From Callorhinchus milii (lineage: Eukaryota): a DNA stretch of 64,000 bases. Below, one piece after another: positions 38,946-52,310 of this stretch; positions within the stretch are counted from its first letter, which is position 1; every line of letters starts with the position of its first letter. The stretch covers positions 22,754,001-22,818,000 of the forward strand of contig NW_024704743.1 of assembly GCF_018977255.1 (NCBI RefSeq). The letters run 5' to 3'. A program made the translations under genes and the position numbers. Below the pieces are notes generated by a model. It had not been told where the DNA came from, did no database searches, and was given only the letters and a program-made list of their open reading frames with translations.

Positions 38946-39464
38946 ATAGATTTAGATACCAAAGATGGTGAGAGATGTAAAAAGTTCTTTTACAGATATT
39001 GGTTTGCCGATTTCCTAGAAAACATTTAGCAAAAAAATGACAAATGGAGACAAAATCTGTTGAGAATAGAAGTAACAATCCGGCATTCAAATTTAGAGAT
39101 ATTAATAACGTTTCCATATCCGCCTTTTTATTGAAAATCGGCCACCTGAATCATAGCAATAGTTGAATAATCAACTAAGGAATGGAACGGCAAAAAGAAA
39201 ATCATTGGGCCATTCTAAAGTAGGGTACTGTATATCTATACCCTGGAACAAGCTCATTTGTTTACCCTTCCTCATCATTACTGATTCACCAGATTGGATT
39301 GGATTTTACAAAACAAGAATTTGATCATACATTATTAAACAGGAAGCTTGTCAGATGATGCTCTCAATGGCAAACTGTAGTTTTTAATTGGTTTTAACTT
39401 GCAGTTATATAGCGCCTTTCTCCCAGGGTAGCATCCCGGAGCACTTAAACTTCAGCAGTATTAT

Positions 39465-39691
39465 AATACACACTCAGGGATTCCCAAGCCTGGACTCTCG
39501 CCAACTTGTACCTAATACTCTCTGGAATTAGGTATAATCAGGGTACATCCCGATAGGGAATGCATTCTATTTCAGACACAGGACTATGTGTTGGTGGCAT
39601 AAATGCTGTATTGTACTCTCAGTCCGCCTTGCATTCTGGTAATCATGGTGATGGGTTTCTGCATGTATCAGACACCCGGCTGACCCAAAAA
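39465..39691 (+). repeat. Family D repeat (variant middle)
   Basis: ccaagcctggactctcgccaacttgtacctaatact...catggtgatgggtttctgcatgtatcagacacccggctgacccaaaaa. Confidence 0.75.
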
Positions 39692-40869
39692 ATATATAAA
39701 CCCATACATACTCACGATGGGCTGTGGTTTCTATTGTACTTTGCAACCTCTTTTTCTTGGTTGTATTTAAAATGTTGCTTTTAGCAGTCATGATTAAAAA
39801 CTGCAAATAATATAATATAATAATAATTGTTACATTTGGTTTGCTGCCTTTCACGTCGACAGGACATCCCAAAGTGCTTCACGGCATATTCTGTAAAGAT
39901 GTTGTACATTTGTAACCAACCAATTTGAGCACAGCGAAATCCCGCAAGCAGCCATGAAGTGAAACAACCGGGGGATTATTTGGGGGAATTGTTGGCCAGG
40001 ACATCGAGAGAAACTCCGAAATGACCCAACAATTAAGGCATAGATTCAAGCAGCCTCAAAACCTGTACCTGAGTTACAGCAACAGACTTGTTTTTGATGC
40101 TGATGCCTGCCTCCCCTCAATGCTCTGGAAAAATGCTGGCAATCATCAGCCATGACTTTAAATAACCGATTCAGGCATTCCAGGTGAAGACCGTCTGTGT
40201 ATTTAAGTATTTCTGCTCCTAATATGGGATATTTCTCAATATCATCCCTTATTAGGAATTCAAGAGTTACAAATGGGTAAACTGTCAGGCTTTGTGTTAT
40301 GCTGATCCACAGGAACTCACTCTAAAATGATTTACTTTCATAACAGAGTTCCTGCAGCCTGATAGGAATTCTAATGGATTAAGGAATACCTCATATCAAA
40401 TGCAAGGATTATTATTATTGTTTACCGACGCCCACATGATACTTACCACCCTGTGCAGACTAGTTCAGAAGTTCTATTTAAGTCCCGATACATTTTTTTA
40501 ACACGTGGAGCTTTTATGACGATTCGGTGTCCTCCCATGGCTCGGCGCCCCGATTTTACCTGACAATTTCGGGAAGCCTGTCCGTCACTGTAACTGCTGC
40601 AAAACATTCCGGATGTTCTCTGATGCGTATCAAGGAACCTCAAATGTTTAATCAAAGTTAAAGTGTCTTGAGATATCTGAATCTTCTTAAATCCTTTGTA
40701 ATCCAACGCTCCTTTTTCATACATGACAGCGCATCGCTAATGGATTGCTTTTAAAGGCTTAATCGGGCACATTTTTGTGATCCATTATTCACCGCCTCTG
40801 CTCTCAATGTCAATGGCACCAAATCCTCGTGTGAAAACTGAGCAAAAAAAAAGTTGGACACTCCAATCC

Positions 40870-41017
40870 GCAACTATTTGTGGGACACTGCTGTGTGTAA
40901 TTGGCTGCAGAATTTCACCCACAAAATATATAGTCAATTCACTTTACAGTAAATTCTGTGAAGCGCTTTGAGACGACTCAAAGACAAGATGCTATATCAA
41001 ATGCAAGGATTCTTATT
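40870..41017 (+). mobile_element. SINE 3' fragment
   Basis: ttgtgggacactgctgtg...atcaaatgcaaggat. Confidence 0.85.
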
Positions 41018-42109
41018 AACCATATAGCTTGTTAAACTTTTGCTTAACAATGCATCAGGTTTCGATTATCTTTTTATTCACGTAGCATTTGCTTCCTGTT
41101 TCTCTACTTTCTCGCTCTCGGCACCATTTGAAATAGCATTACAATTGCTGCACCCCATGTTCTAAAAAAAACCTCTGACTTTGGTAAACAAAGGCCATTT
41201 GGAAAAGCAGGAAATGTAAAACAAAATATCAGGAGGCTGAGTGTGCGCAAACACGTATTCCTTAAATGGGAATGATTTTAAACTCCTCATGGAGATGAAG
41301 GCCATTATGAGAGAGAGGCCTTTATCCTGTGTGAAATTTAGTTCCAAGAATGAGCAGAAGACCTTCCAGCTAAAAATCATGAGATAAAGGATATGTGACT
41401 CCCAGGGCTTGTGAGAGAAGCCTGCTAGGGATTTGACAGTGTTTCCCAATAGGAAATTGGTGACTTGGATTCCATCAAGGACCCACTTGGTGTTGACTTA
41501 AGTGCAGCTTCTGTTTGCATTTTATGTCAATCCACAATACAGTTCAATTTCATTCATTGGTCGATGTCCAATTGTTAATTTAGCCTTAATTTCAAATGCA
41601 GATTTAGCCTAGGTGTAACATTTTTAAAGTGGATTGAGATCTTATATGGTGTAGTTTCAGTTAGTCCATTTCTATAGAGGAATTAGTTGGATTGCCTGCA
41701 ACCTTCCCCTCCCTTTGCAGAAGGGGAAGAACAATTAGTGAGGCTGAAGACCTGGACGTGCTAAGCAATTCATGGAAGGTGGCTGCCATGTTCTCCTACA
41801 AAATATCCTTTATGGAGAGTTCCTGGTACATGCCATCCACCTAGTGAGAGCTCAAACCCACATTTGGTGGATGTCAAATGACCAACTGGTGACTATCCTC
41901 CTTGGGAGGGGAGATAAGCAGGGTCTCCTTGGAGCTGAACTGGCTCCAAGGTGACACATCTGGCAACGGAATGTGAGAATTGAGCCAACCCTCTGTGACG
42001 GTCTCAGAGGTTGAGTTCCTGAACCAGGAGGGTCTGCAGTATTCCAGTTCACTTCTGATGACAGCACAGTAGTAGGACTTGGAAAGGCAGACCAACCATT
42101 GAGGTGGGA

Positions 42110-42200
42110 CTCTTCCCACTCAGCTTCTGTTAAGCCTGCAAGACAAAAATCCAACAGTTAGGGTGGTCCTCGCTGGACAAGCAGCAGGAAAGCTTGCATT
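42110..42200 (+). repeat. Family D repeat, 5' portion
   Basis: cagcttctgttaagcctgcaag...agggtggtcctcgctggacaagcagcaggaaagcttgc matches 35400-35472. Confidence 0.7.
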
Positions 42201-42209
42201 CGTGCTCAG

Positions 42210-42735
42210 CTTTCCCTCACACCCATAATATTGCCCATCTCGCAACTATGTCTCCCCTGGGCCACCAAGACCCTCATTTGTGCTTGCATCACATCCTGGC
42301 TTGACTATGCCAACCCTGCCCACTAGAGCTCTTTTCTACAGCCCATGTCCTCTCCCGCACCAGGTTCCCCTAGCCTATCACTCCCATCCTCGCTCAGCTC
42401 CACTGGCTCCCCATCCCTCATTGGATTGAATTCAAGATTCTCATTCTCAGCCGTAAAATCCTTCCATGTTCTCATCCTACTAATGACGAGGAGGCTTTAC
42501 GTTATTTTGCTCCTGATTTCTGGGTGCCCCTCCAACTCTCCCTCTCCCTCCCCACATTCAAAGTCCTTCTCAAGATGTAACTCTCTGACTGTCCTTTTGG
42601 CCGTCTTTCCCATCCGCACCCTCTTCAGTCCAATCTCATCACTGAAGCCTCGCCACTAAAAGTGCTGGAAGTGCTTTGAGATACCCTCCTGATGTTAACA
42701 CCGCTATATGAATGTGAATGGTATTGTATTATTGT
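42210..42735 (+). mobile_element. Degenerate L2 fragment
   Basis: gctccactggctcccc...attgaattcaagattctc. Confidence 0.75.
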
Positions 42736-43579
42736 GAAATGATATGCCAGGAAATGTTGGTGAAGAAAATAAGTAAAAACAGTTCTCAATTAGTCCTTAG
42801 GCTAAACACAGCAACAATCTATGCTGTGTCTGCAGACAATAAGACGAGTAAAATCTGAAGTCCTACAATTAGATTCTCAAAAATTACCCAGGGTAACTGT
42901 GCTTTCAGTGGTGAGGTTGTGCGATTAGTGGTTTTAACACCACTCCACATGGTTGGACGTGGGTTTATCCAAGCTGGGAACACTTAGTGACCTTAAGATA
43001 CCAAAATAAGCTGCATCATTGGATTGGTGCGGTCACTGCCTCGGGTGAAACTACCTCCAGAGGTCCTAGGTTCAACCCTCTGGTCTGTACTGATTTTACT
43101 GATTTCACCAAGGCAGCAGTACAGTACACTTCAAAACAAAGAGCAGCCAAGCTTGATACTTCTAATCATTGTATTTACTGTATTCTAGTGTGATTCACGG
43201 TACTCTGTCTATTATTAATAATAAATAACCCAAGTAGAATATCCCTGTACATGCATTAATCTATATATTTTGCATTCCTTTCCTATCCTGTACCCTGAGT
43301 CTCCTATCCTGTTCTCTGAGTCTACTATTTTACAAACTATATGCACTAAATTGTAATGAACCATGCCTGAAACTGTGCCTATGTGGATGTTGGTGAAGTT
43401 CGGTTGTGGTGCCCTATTTGGCAATTGCCCTGCAGTCACCTGCTGTCTAGGCTTTCAATATGAAAAGTAAGTTAGTGAAGACACCTAGAGAGCCAATATA
43501 ACTCTGAGCCAGGAGGAAATCGAGTTGCAGATGTTGGGTGGGGTGGGGGGAGTGTAGGGGAATTTTTATAGATAGATTT

Positions 43580-43623
43580 TTGGCAACTGCCTATAAAAAT
43601 AGATTTTTATAGGCAGTTGCCAA
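43580..43623. repeat. Perfect inverted repeat, 21-bp arms with 2-nt spacer
   Basis: TTGGCAACTGCCTATAAAAAT-ag-ATTTTTATAGGCAGTTGCCAA. Confidence 0.95.
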
Positions 43624-45372
43624 TGTCTCTTGCCATATACAATAACAACAACAACAACAACAACAAATTACATTTATATAGCATTTTGGAAAGACATCCC
43701 AAGCTGCTGGATATTATATAAATATTAATAAGAATTCACCTCTTTCAAATTTGGAAGATGATATGAACATTTCTTTGAGATTTATTTTGTATGCGCAAGT
43801 GCTTTTTGAAACAAAACAAGAAAAAAAAGCATGTATTACTTGCCATAATGTAGAAGGCTCACCCAAAAGTTTGAAAACATTCTAAGTCACTTTCTCACCA
43901 TGCACGGATTTTGTTTGGGGGCTCGCAGCTGTGTTTCTCCAGTGAAGAACCACTTTTTATTGGGTATTATTTTAAAATCTAGCCACATGTTTCAAATCAA
44001 CTTGGATTTTTGCATCCTTCACGTTCTGTAAAAGCTTGGAACGGTTCTTCGCTATAATTGCCCATCCTTGTGTCATGGCTCCACCCCAGGCTATTCTGTT
44101 TCTGCTGTAAAGAAATATACTTGTCCTTTGAACACAACAGAGTTGAGCTTGCGCTACTTCTTAGCGGGACTCTAATAACAAATCCCATTAGAAATCCTGC
44201 CAAACTGCTCCAGAATTAGATCAAGTCAGACTGGAGTTCCTGCGGGTCAATGTGACCTACTTATGGATATTGAAAGGAGTCCTCATTTGTGCTACTCGGA
44301 TTTCTTATTAAGGAATCCTATTTAGAGATAGCGCAAATTAGACTCCATCTCTAAAGGCCTCATTCACTAAAACAATTCAGTTTCAGTGTGATACGGTTTG
44401 CATTATGCTTTTCTTGTTCTCACCATTTACCTGTAGTCATCAGGACTTTGGATTTATTTACAAAAACAAATTGTATAAAACTAGATCATTTGAACTGATC
44501 AAAGATCTCATTTATAGTTGTCTAAAAGGATGAATTGGTAATATTTGAACTACTTATGTCTCAGTACTTCCTGGTGCTTGTGCTAAAATTGCCTTCACAA
44601 TCTGTGCTCACTTGTCCTGCTGCCTTGAAAGTATTGTTCTTGAATAAGTTCCCCAATGTCAAACAAAAACAGCTGAAACAGATAATCATAAGGGGTGGCG
44701 GAGGGTGAGTGGAATAGGTGTGGAAACCATATAGTGGGTGTGGACACCGTATAGTGCAATATTCTCTTTAATATTCACTCTAAATGCCAAGTTCTATCCT
44801 CTGCTTCTTAATTTACTGCTAGCAATACATTGAGACTTCAATAAGAAATGGGTTTCAATAATTACCCACTTGATCTCTTCATATAGAACTCAATTTTTAA
44901 ATAAATTCATTCTTCTGGTGACTACAAGAAAGTCACTCATAAATCACTCTGAATTTCATTTCCTAGACTATAGAGTTTATCTAATTATTCCTCATCATAG
45001 CTCATATTTGTAGCTGGGTAGACTAGCGCTAGATTTCTTAGAGCAGAGGAGATTAATGTGTGGTGTGATGAGGTATTTCAAATAGGGAAATAGTAAAAGG
45101 ATTTGACAAGTTACATAGTGTGTGACTTGTCCCTCTGGTACAGTTATCCACTACAATAAACATATAAACAATTAACTGGTCCTGAGACACTGCTGTGCGC
45201 AATTGGTTGCCGAGTTTCGCCCACAAAATACACAGTAAATCTACTTTACAGTATATCCTATGAAATGCTTTGAGACTTTTCATTAATGTGAAAGGTGCTA
45301 AATCAAAAGCAAGGATTATTGTTATATTATAATAATAAATACAGTAAATCCCTGGTAAAACAGGGATTTATT

Positions 45373-45737
45373 GCAGTCCTGTAGCTCAGTGGTTAGAGCA
45401 CTCGCCTCGCAATCGATAGACCTGGGTTCCATTCCTGGCAGGGTGAAATGTTGGGCAAGTTTCCTTACTCCACACGTTTCTGTTTCCCTAGCAGTAAGTA
45501 GGAACCTGGTTGTTAGTCGATTGGTGGATCGCTTCTCTGAGGTAATAATTCCTTCAAAAAATAGAAATAATAATAAATTGGTCACTCAAGCCCGACTGTT
45601 TGTGGGATACTGCTGTGTGCAATTGGCTGCCACAATTTGCCCATAAATATACAGTCAATTCACTTTACAATATATTCTATGAAGTGCTTTGAGATGTGAA
45701 CAGCGCTATATCAAATGCAAGGATTACTATTATTACT
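45373..45737 (+). mobile_element. Full-length tRNA-derived SINE (family A, long form), preceded by another tail at 45180-45330
   Basis: Head, tctgtttccctagcagtaagtagg insert, tail. Confidence 0.93.
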
Positions 45738-46483
45738 TAAATCCAAGTTTCCCCAATTCGAAACTAGCCAGACCACACGCCCAGGCCCACATGTGTATAG
45801 ACTCCTGATTCACAAAAATGACCATTATATTGTAAACACCAGGAAGCAGATACTTTGAAAACAAAGAAGTAATTGTTGCATTTACCATTTACCAAGGATC
45901 AGACTCTAATAAAAGTTGGCACATGAGCTCAAGTGGGGCAATCCATGTTGTGACTTCTATTAACCCCATTAAATCAGGGCAGAGCTAATGTTTCATGCGA
46001 TCTGGTTCAGTGAATGAGGTAAGTGGACCTTGTCTGAATATAATCGGGAAACAGTGCTCTACAGGGTAGAAATTCCATTGGGTCCAGATTTACTCTGTTT
46101 TCTTAGCATTGCAGAGCATGAGAATTTGACAGATTCTTAAATGCGTTCTTAATTTTGGAGCTGGTTTTATTGCATTTGGAAAAGTAGCATTTCACAATGG
46201 GGTTCAGGATTGCTGACAGACAAACCTCTTCATTAGCCATCAGTCATCACAGATTCGTGGGAACCCCACTCTGGCACTCCATAGGAGGATCATGGGGATC
46301 CCATAACGTGGGCCTGATACAGCCATAACTGAGAATGTGGGTAGACAAGGGTTACAGAGAAAATAAAGTGAAGCGTATGGTTTTCTTGCTCACCTACACT
46401 GTTAAATAATATTGTGCTCCAGTGGGTAGTGATTTCTAATGGTATTTCTTCATAAGGAAATTGGAAATACTGCCCAGTGCCCC

Positions 46484-46803
46484 GTGGAGTCATGTAGCTC
46501 AGTGGTTAGAGCACTCGCTTTGCAAGCGAGACACCTGGGTTCAATTCCAGGCAGAGGGCGAAACCTTGGGCAAGTTTTCTTACTCCACACACCTAATAAT
46601 AATCCCTCCAAAATAAAAAACAATAATAAATTAGTCATTTTCAATCTACGACTGTTTGTGGGATACTGCTGTGCGCAATTGGCTGCCGCATTTCACCCAC
46701 AAATATACAGTCAATTCACTTTACAGTCTATTCTGTGAAGCACTTTGATACGTCGAGAAGACGTGAAAAGCGCTATATCAAATGCACGGATTATTATTAT
46801 TAT
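46484..46803 (+). mobile_element. Full-length tRNA-derived SINE (family A, short form)
   Basis: A box TAGCTCAGTGG, stem-loop ctcgc-TTTGCAA-gcgag, B box GGTTCAATTCC, tail. Confidence 0.95.
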
Positions 46804-47649
46804 ATATTATAACTGGACTCCAACATGATTTAGGTTTGGAGCAGGTCATGACTCATGCTTCTGGTTCATGTGGAACCCGTACTCAGCCTCCTCTCTAAGG
46901 AAAACTGTTAGAACCTGACACTTTTCTTTTACAAAATATACGTTTATTGGTAGATATATATTTACACTTTTCTCAGAAACGATCAAAACCCGTCACAGAA
47001 AAAAGAGACGCAACCCGTTGTTTTTTTGTTTACAGGACACAACCTCTTGTGGTGGGGGAGTTACCTCTGTGCACTCCACTTTGGTGGAGGGACCAAGTCT
47101 AAACTAACACTTATTAGATCCAAATTACATATGGGTTGGATGGTTTGAAGGATTGTATGTATGTGTATGCTTGTACAAGCCTTAGTTGTTTACATAGAAG
47201 GGTGAAACGAAGGTTTACCTATTCAATCCTGTAACTTGTTTCCTTAGAAGTACAAGTGCAACAGAGATGAGAGCTGTTGGTTTTGCTGTAACAGATGCTC
47301 CACTGGCCTGATACAGAGATACTGGTTATAATGGTGTTCGGAATGTTTACGCTGGAGATCTGAAGGGCACTTAATGGTACTTTATTCTTTATCTGTTTGA
47401 GTATCTAAATTGTCAGTCAGAGCGAGATTTGTGTCCTTTGGCTTGAGGCAACAGACATGAGTTTGTGCAGGAAACTGAAGCCAAACCCCCAAAAATGAGA
47501 ACACTGTACAATTCTGTCTGAAGCTCTGAGTAACATAAAAATAACTTGAAGCATGCTACCAATGTCTGATGGGCAGTAAAAACAAGTGTTGGATTAATAC
47601 CACATTCTTTGTATGAAATAAGTAATAAAAACATTTGTTTGCAATATGC

Positions 47650-48210
47650 AGGATGAGCTGTGGATTGAAGCCCATGTCAGTACTTGAGCTCATAATCTAG
47701 ACTGACACTTCAGTGCCTTGGGGAGCGATGTATTGTCAGAATTGGACATTACGCTGAGCCCTGTTTATCTGTTCAAGTGGCCATTAATGAATTCACAGCA
47801 CTATTCCAGAAGGGAAAATGTTTCTCCCATTGTCCTGGCCAACTATCCTGCAACTGGTTGTCGACGTTCTACCTGTTTGTGAGACTTTAATGTGCAAAAT
47901 GACCAACTTGCACCTACATAGAGCCCTCCACACAGGGTAACGTCTCAGGGCGCTTAATAGTGGCAGAGCCTGACTCTGAGCTGGGGTGGGTGGAGGTGGC
48001 CGTAAGCACCGTCGAAGAGGAAGGTTTTCAGGTGAGGTGGTAGGGAGGTGCCAGGGATTGAAGCGATTTGGACACAATTGTGAGGATCTTGAAGTCGATC
48101 TGTTCAGTGATGGGTGGGGAGCCAGTGGAGGCTGGCCAGAACTGGTGAGGTATGGGTACAGAGTTTGTCCGGGTAAGTATGCGAGCGGCAGAGTTCTGAA
48201 CGAGCTGGAT
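47650..48210. mobile_element. DeuSINE-like (+, to about 47890) followed by L2 fragment (-)
   Basis: gactgacacttcagtg...tgtcctggccaa; gaggatcttgaagtcgatctg, gagccagtggag. Confidence 0.7.
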
Positions 48211-48941
48211 TTTTTCATTTATTACAATTGACAGTAATCAACAATTAGACAAGCTAGGGCTCTTCAGTCTTGAGAGAAGATGACTCAGAAAGGACCTTAT
48301 AAAGGAGATGATGGAGGGCTCAGATTGGGTGGGCTGAAGGGCCTTCTTCAGCCAGACTGATTTTGTGATCTTGTCAATTACTGTATGCGCTTTAAAATGC
48401 TTTGATGTGACAAGGGCATATAAAAATGCAAGTTCTTTCTTTCGATTCATTATCAATGTAAAAATGGGAACTACGCACATTCACCAAAAACTAAATGGAT
48501 TTATTACATCCAGATTTAAGCAGCAAAAGAGAGTTCATCAAAATATGGGAATTAAAAAATGCACAACATTACTATTTATTAACCTGACGGTGGTGGAGAT
48601 GATCTGAATCCATGTCCCCGCCCTCCCCACGCTCACGCCCACCTGTGAAAAACGGAAATCTCCACACGACGGATGATTTTACGAGCCATTGGCCCTGGGC
48701 TCAGTTGCTCCTTAGATTGTGACGGACCATTTGTCAATTTAGAAATGCCTTTAAATGATTTTAGAATATCACCGACTTTACCAATAAATTCAACTTCTGA
48801 CATCAACTATACCTTTAGGTTATATTTTAAGTTTAGTTCACATGATCACAAGAGAAGTTGAAATGAAAAAGACGCTTTGGCCATTTTGACTTTATCTTCC
48901 CAGTGCTGCATTAGTTCATAAATATGTTCCCAGATTTACTT

Positions 48942-49266
48942 GTGGAGTCCTGTAGCTCAGTGGTTAGAGCACTCGCTTTGCAAGTGAGAGACCTGAGTTC
49001 AATTCCAGGCAGGGCGAAACCTTGGGCAAGTTTCCTTACTCCACACGCCTGATAATAATCCCTCCAAAACCAAAAACAATAATAAATTGGTCATTTTCAA
49101 TCTACGACTGTTTGTGGGACATTGCTGTGCGCAATTGGCTGCCGCGTTCGCCCACAAATATACAGTCAATTCACTTTACAGTGTGTTCTGTGAAGCGCTT
49201 TGGGATGTCCTACTGACATGAAAAGCGCTATATCAAATGCAAGGATTATTATTATTATTATTATTA
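48942..49266 (+). mobile_element. Full-length tRNA-derived SINE (family A, short form)
   Basis: Very similar to 14882-15204 and 46484-46803. Confidence 0.95.
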
Positions 49267-50649
49267 CTTACCCAGGGATAAGATCTCTCACTTTACGATT
49301 TCCTTCCATTGTTCTCCACAATGACGAGTCCAATTCCATCTCCATTAAATGTCCTGGCATCCAGCTATTTCACTTGTGTGTCAATGCATTCTTACGCACT
49401 TCATCTACCCTATAACACTACATTTGCACCATCACTGTTACATTTACGGTACTATTAGGGGTGCAAAATGCCAATTGCGGTATAATAATGATCACCGGGG
49501 ATATCATTAGCACATTGCTGAAATTTGTGGTCAGATCATTCCAGAATTAGCAACTGTTTCACAAGTATGAACCACCCTTCACACCCCCCATCCAGTGACC
49601 TGAGATGCTGGCTCGCGCAGGTAAGATAGTAGCCTGTAAAATGGATCCAAACTACCATACTTCACAGGTGGCAACAATGGTGACAGCTGACAACATTTTG
49701 GCCTGGGGTCAGGCTATTAGGAAGCGTTCACACCCGTGGTGCGGGTTACAATTATAAAACACTTTGCCAGCAATGATCAGTGATAATGATCAGTTGTTTT
49801 TTACTACTTTGCGATTGGTTTCCAGCGTTTGAGTCCGAATGGAAGGTGGTGTTGGTGGGGGCCGGGGGCAGGAAGGAAAGTGAAAACACAGATAGAAAAG
49901 AAGTGCAAACGAACACCTGGACTATTAGTTATTTAGCATGAAACTCACATGTCAGTTCAGTTGGCACTCGCTTTGCTTAATATTGCCTCACAGATTGGAT
50001 TCATAGTCTTCAGGAATGTCGACATGTGTCTCATATTCCAGTTCACTGCCATCGATTGCTGTTCTGCACTTGTTTACAATTTAGATGGAATGTGAAGAGC
50101 CCAACTGCAGAGCAGTAGGGGAGAATTTGCCTCTCATTCATAATGCCTGCCTGGTGTGAGGAGCTGCTGTGCTGGGGAATTGCTGTGCCTCAGATGTGCA
50201 GTTGGATGGGGTTGAATTGAACGGTACAGTTTAACACAGCATTTTAGGTCTCATTAGTAAGGGACCATTGAGTCTAGATCTTTCAGTGGAATAATTGAAG
50301 AACCGCTCCAACCACATGCAGCAATAACAGACAGTCACTGGCTGCTCTCCCAGGTTCTACAGTCTATTGCTGTTGGACATTTATGAGTACAAAAATCATC
50401 CAGCCACAAATATGCCATGAACAGATTGCCTTCATTTATAAAGGGAATCACGGTTGTTACATTTAAAGGCGAGCCTTTCTTGATTATTAAAACTGTTACC
50501 CCATAACAAAAGAGCACTTAAAGAGAGTGTGCTTATTAACCAACCCATGTTTGATTTTGAAAACACTGCAATACTAATTCTTGCAATTGATACAGTACCT
50601 AGAATGTGTCTGTTGAGTGTCTGTCTAAGAGTCAAACCCTGCAGTGGCA

Positions 50650-50905
50650 AACGCTGCAGTGAATTTGCTCACAGCAAGCATCCAGAAACAGACACAAAGT
50701 GAATGATCAATTTTATTTGGGTTTTGTTGGCCAGGACACTAGGAGAAACTTCCTTTCTGTTTTAACAGAACAGACAGGAGTTACATTTTGACATTTCATC
50801 TGAAGGACGCCACCTTCAACAACGCAGCACTCCCCCAATATGGACTGTGAGCTGATTGTCCCAATGAGCCTTGAAGCCACAACCTTCTGAGCCAGAGGTG
50901 AGACA
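50650..50905 (-). mobile_element. DeuSINE-like SINE
   Basis: ggccaggacactaggagaaact...gcagcactcccc...acaaccttctgag. Confidence 0.75.
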
Positions 50906-51254
50906 CTTGGAATATTTCACGTCCCATCATTTGTTTATTGCTCATTGAGAATAACCTTCCTCCAGCAGCTTCTCCGCATCCATATTAAAAGTCATGGACT
51001 GTTTTGGAGTAACCCGGAATTCATGGCAGCATTCAACCACAATATCAAAATAAGATGTTTTCCACGTAGTGGGGTACTGAGATGGGATCTTATGTTTAGC
51101 ATTAAAACAGGGCTCCGACTTTCTCTTTTTTATCTCCTCCAATTTTTGTTTCCTCTCTCTCCCCCTCTCCCGTAAAGCATTTGACTCTTATTTATGGGTG
51201 AGCTTTGACAACGAGTGTTGTAGGGCAATTTATTTAGGGGGAAGGGGATCAAAG

Positions 51255-51495
51255 TCAAGCCTGATCCCACCCTCACGCATGGATCTTCCACCAGGAATCT
51301 CTGGATATTGACCAGGAAACTTAGCTGATTCTCCCCTAACCCAGGGAATCTGAAGACTATTGTATGACCCGACTCCTTCCCTGGGTGAGATGAACTAAAT
51401 CATTAGAGATCAGGATTTGAACCTGGAATTGTATGGGCTATATGGTTTGTTATTACACCAAACCGTGCCTTTATCCACTGGGACATCCATGGAGC
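51255..51495 (-). mobile_element. Old SINE-like repeat (family C)
   Basis: agcctgatcccacc...ccaggaatctctggat...ccctaacccaggg. Confidence 0.6.
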
Positions 51496-51589
51496 TCTGA
51501 CTTTTAAAGTTTATTTATGCATTGAGTGAGAGCAGAGCTCTTAAATTCTAAGTTCAAGTCAAACCCCTGTGGTACTTGTGAATGTAGAC

Positions 51590-52310
51590 AACAACAGCAA
51601 AATGACATTTGTAAAGCGCCTTTCATGTTGGGAGGATGTCCCAAGGTACTGAACAGTCAGGGATCAGGACCCGAGTGTGGGGGGGCATGGTTGGGATGAG
51701 GGAGGGCAGAGGGGATAAGAAGACGGCTGAAGGCACGGTCAAAAAGGAGGATCTTGAGTTGTGCCTTGAAAGAGGCAAGAGAGGGAGCAAGGCAAAGTGA
51801 TTGTGGGATGGAGTTTCAAAGGGTGGGGGCAGAGAGGCTGAAAGCCCGGCTGTCGATGGTAGGGTAGGTTGGGCGGGAGACCTGGAGCAGGCTGGAGACT
51901 GCTGAGCAGAGGGAGCGGACAGGTTGATAGAAGGTCAGAGATGTAGGAGGGGGCAAGGCCGTGGAGGGCCTTGAAAGTGTGGATGAGGATTTTGAATTCT
52001 ATCCTCTGAGGGATGGGGAGCCAGTGGAGCTGGACAAGGTTGGGGATGATGGGGTCACAGAGCCTGGTGTGGGAGAGGACACGAGCTGCAGAGTTTTGGA
52101 TGATCTGCAGCTTATGGAGGGAAGAGTTGGGGAGGCTGACAAGGAGGGAGTTTCCGTAGTCGAGCCTTGAGGTGACAAATGCGGGTATGAGGGTTTCGGC
52201 GGCCTGAGGGGTGAGGCAGTGGTGGAGTCGGGCAATTGGGGAAGGCAGAATGGGTCATGGCATGTATATGGGGGAGAAAGGACAGTCGAGGGTCTAACAA
52301 GACGCCCAGG
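51590..52310 (-). mobile_element. L2 3' fragment
   Basis: Reverse complement of the 11720-12457 element. Confidence 0.93.

Noticed and set aside
41119-41140. GCACCATTTGAAAT match to miR-29
   Set aside because: 5' and 3' ends differ from the mature miRNA and no complementary arm is visible
42055-42100. CTGATGA...GAAA as a hammerhead core
   Set aside because: No convincing stem II or flanking stems
46484-46562. tRNA-Ala(TGC)-like gene
   Set aside because: Head of a multi-copy SINE; non-canonical T and acceptor stems, and it continues into the SINE body
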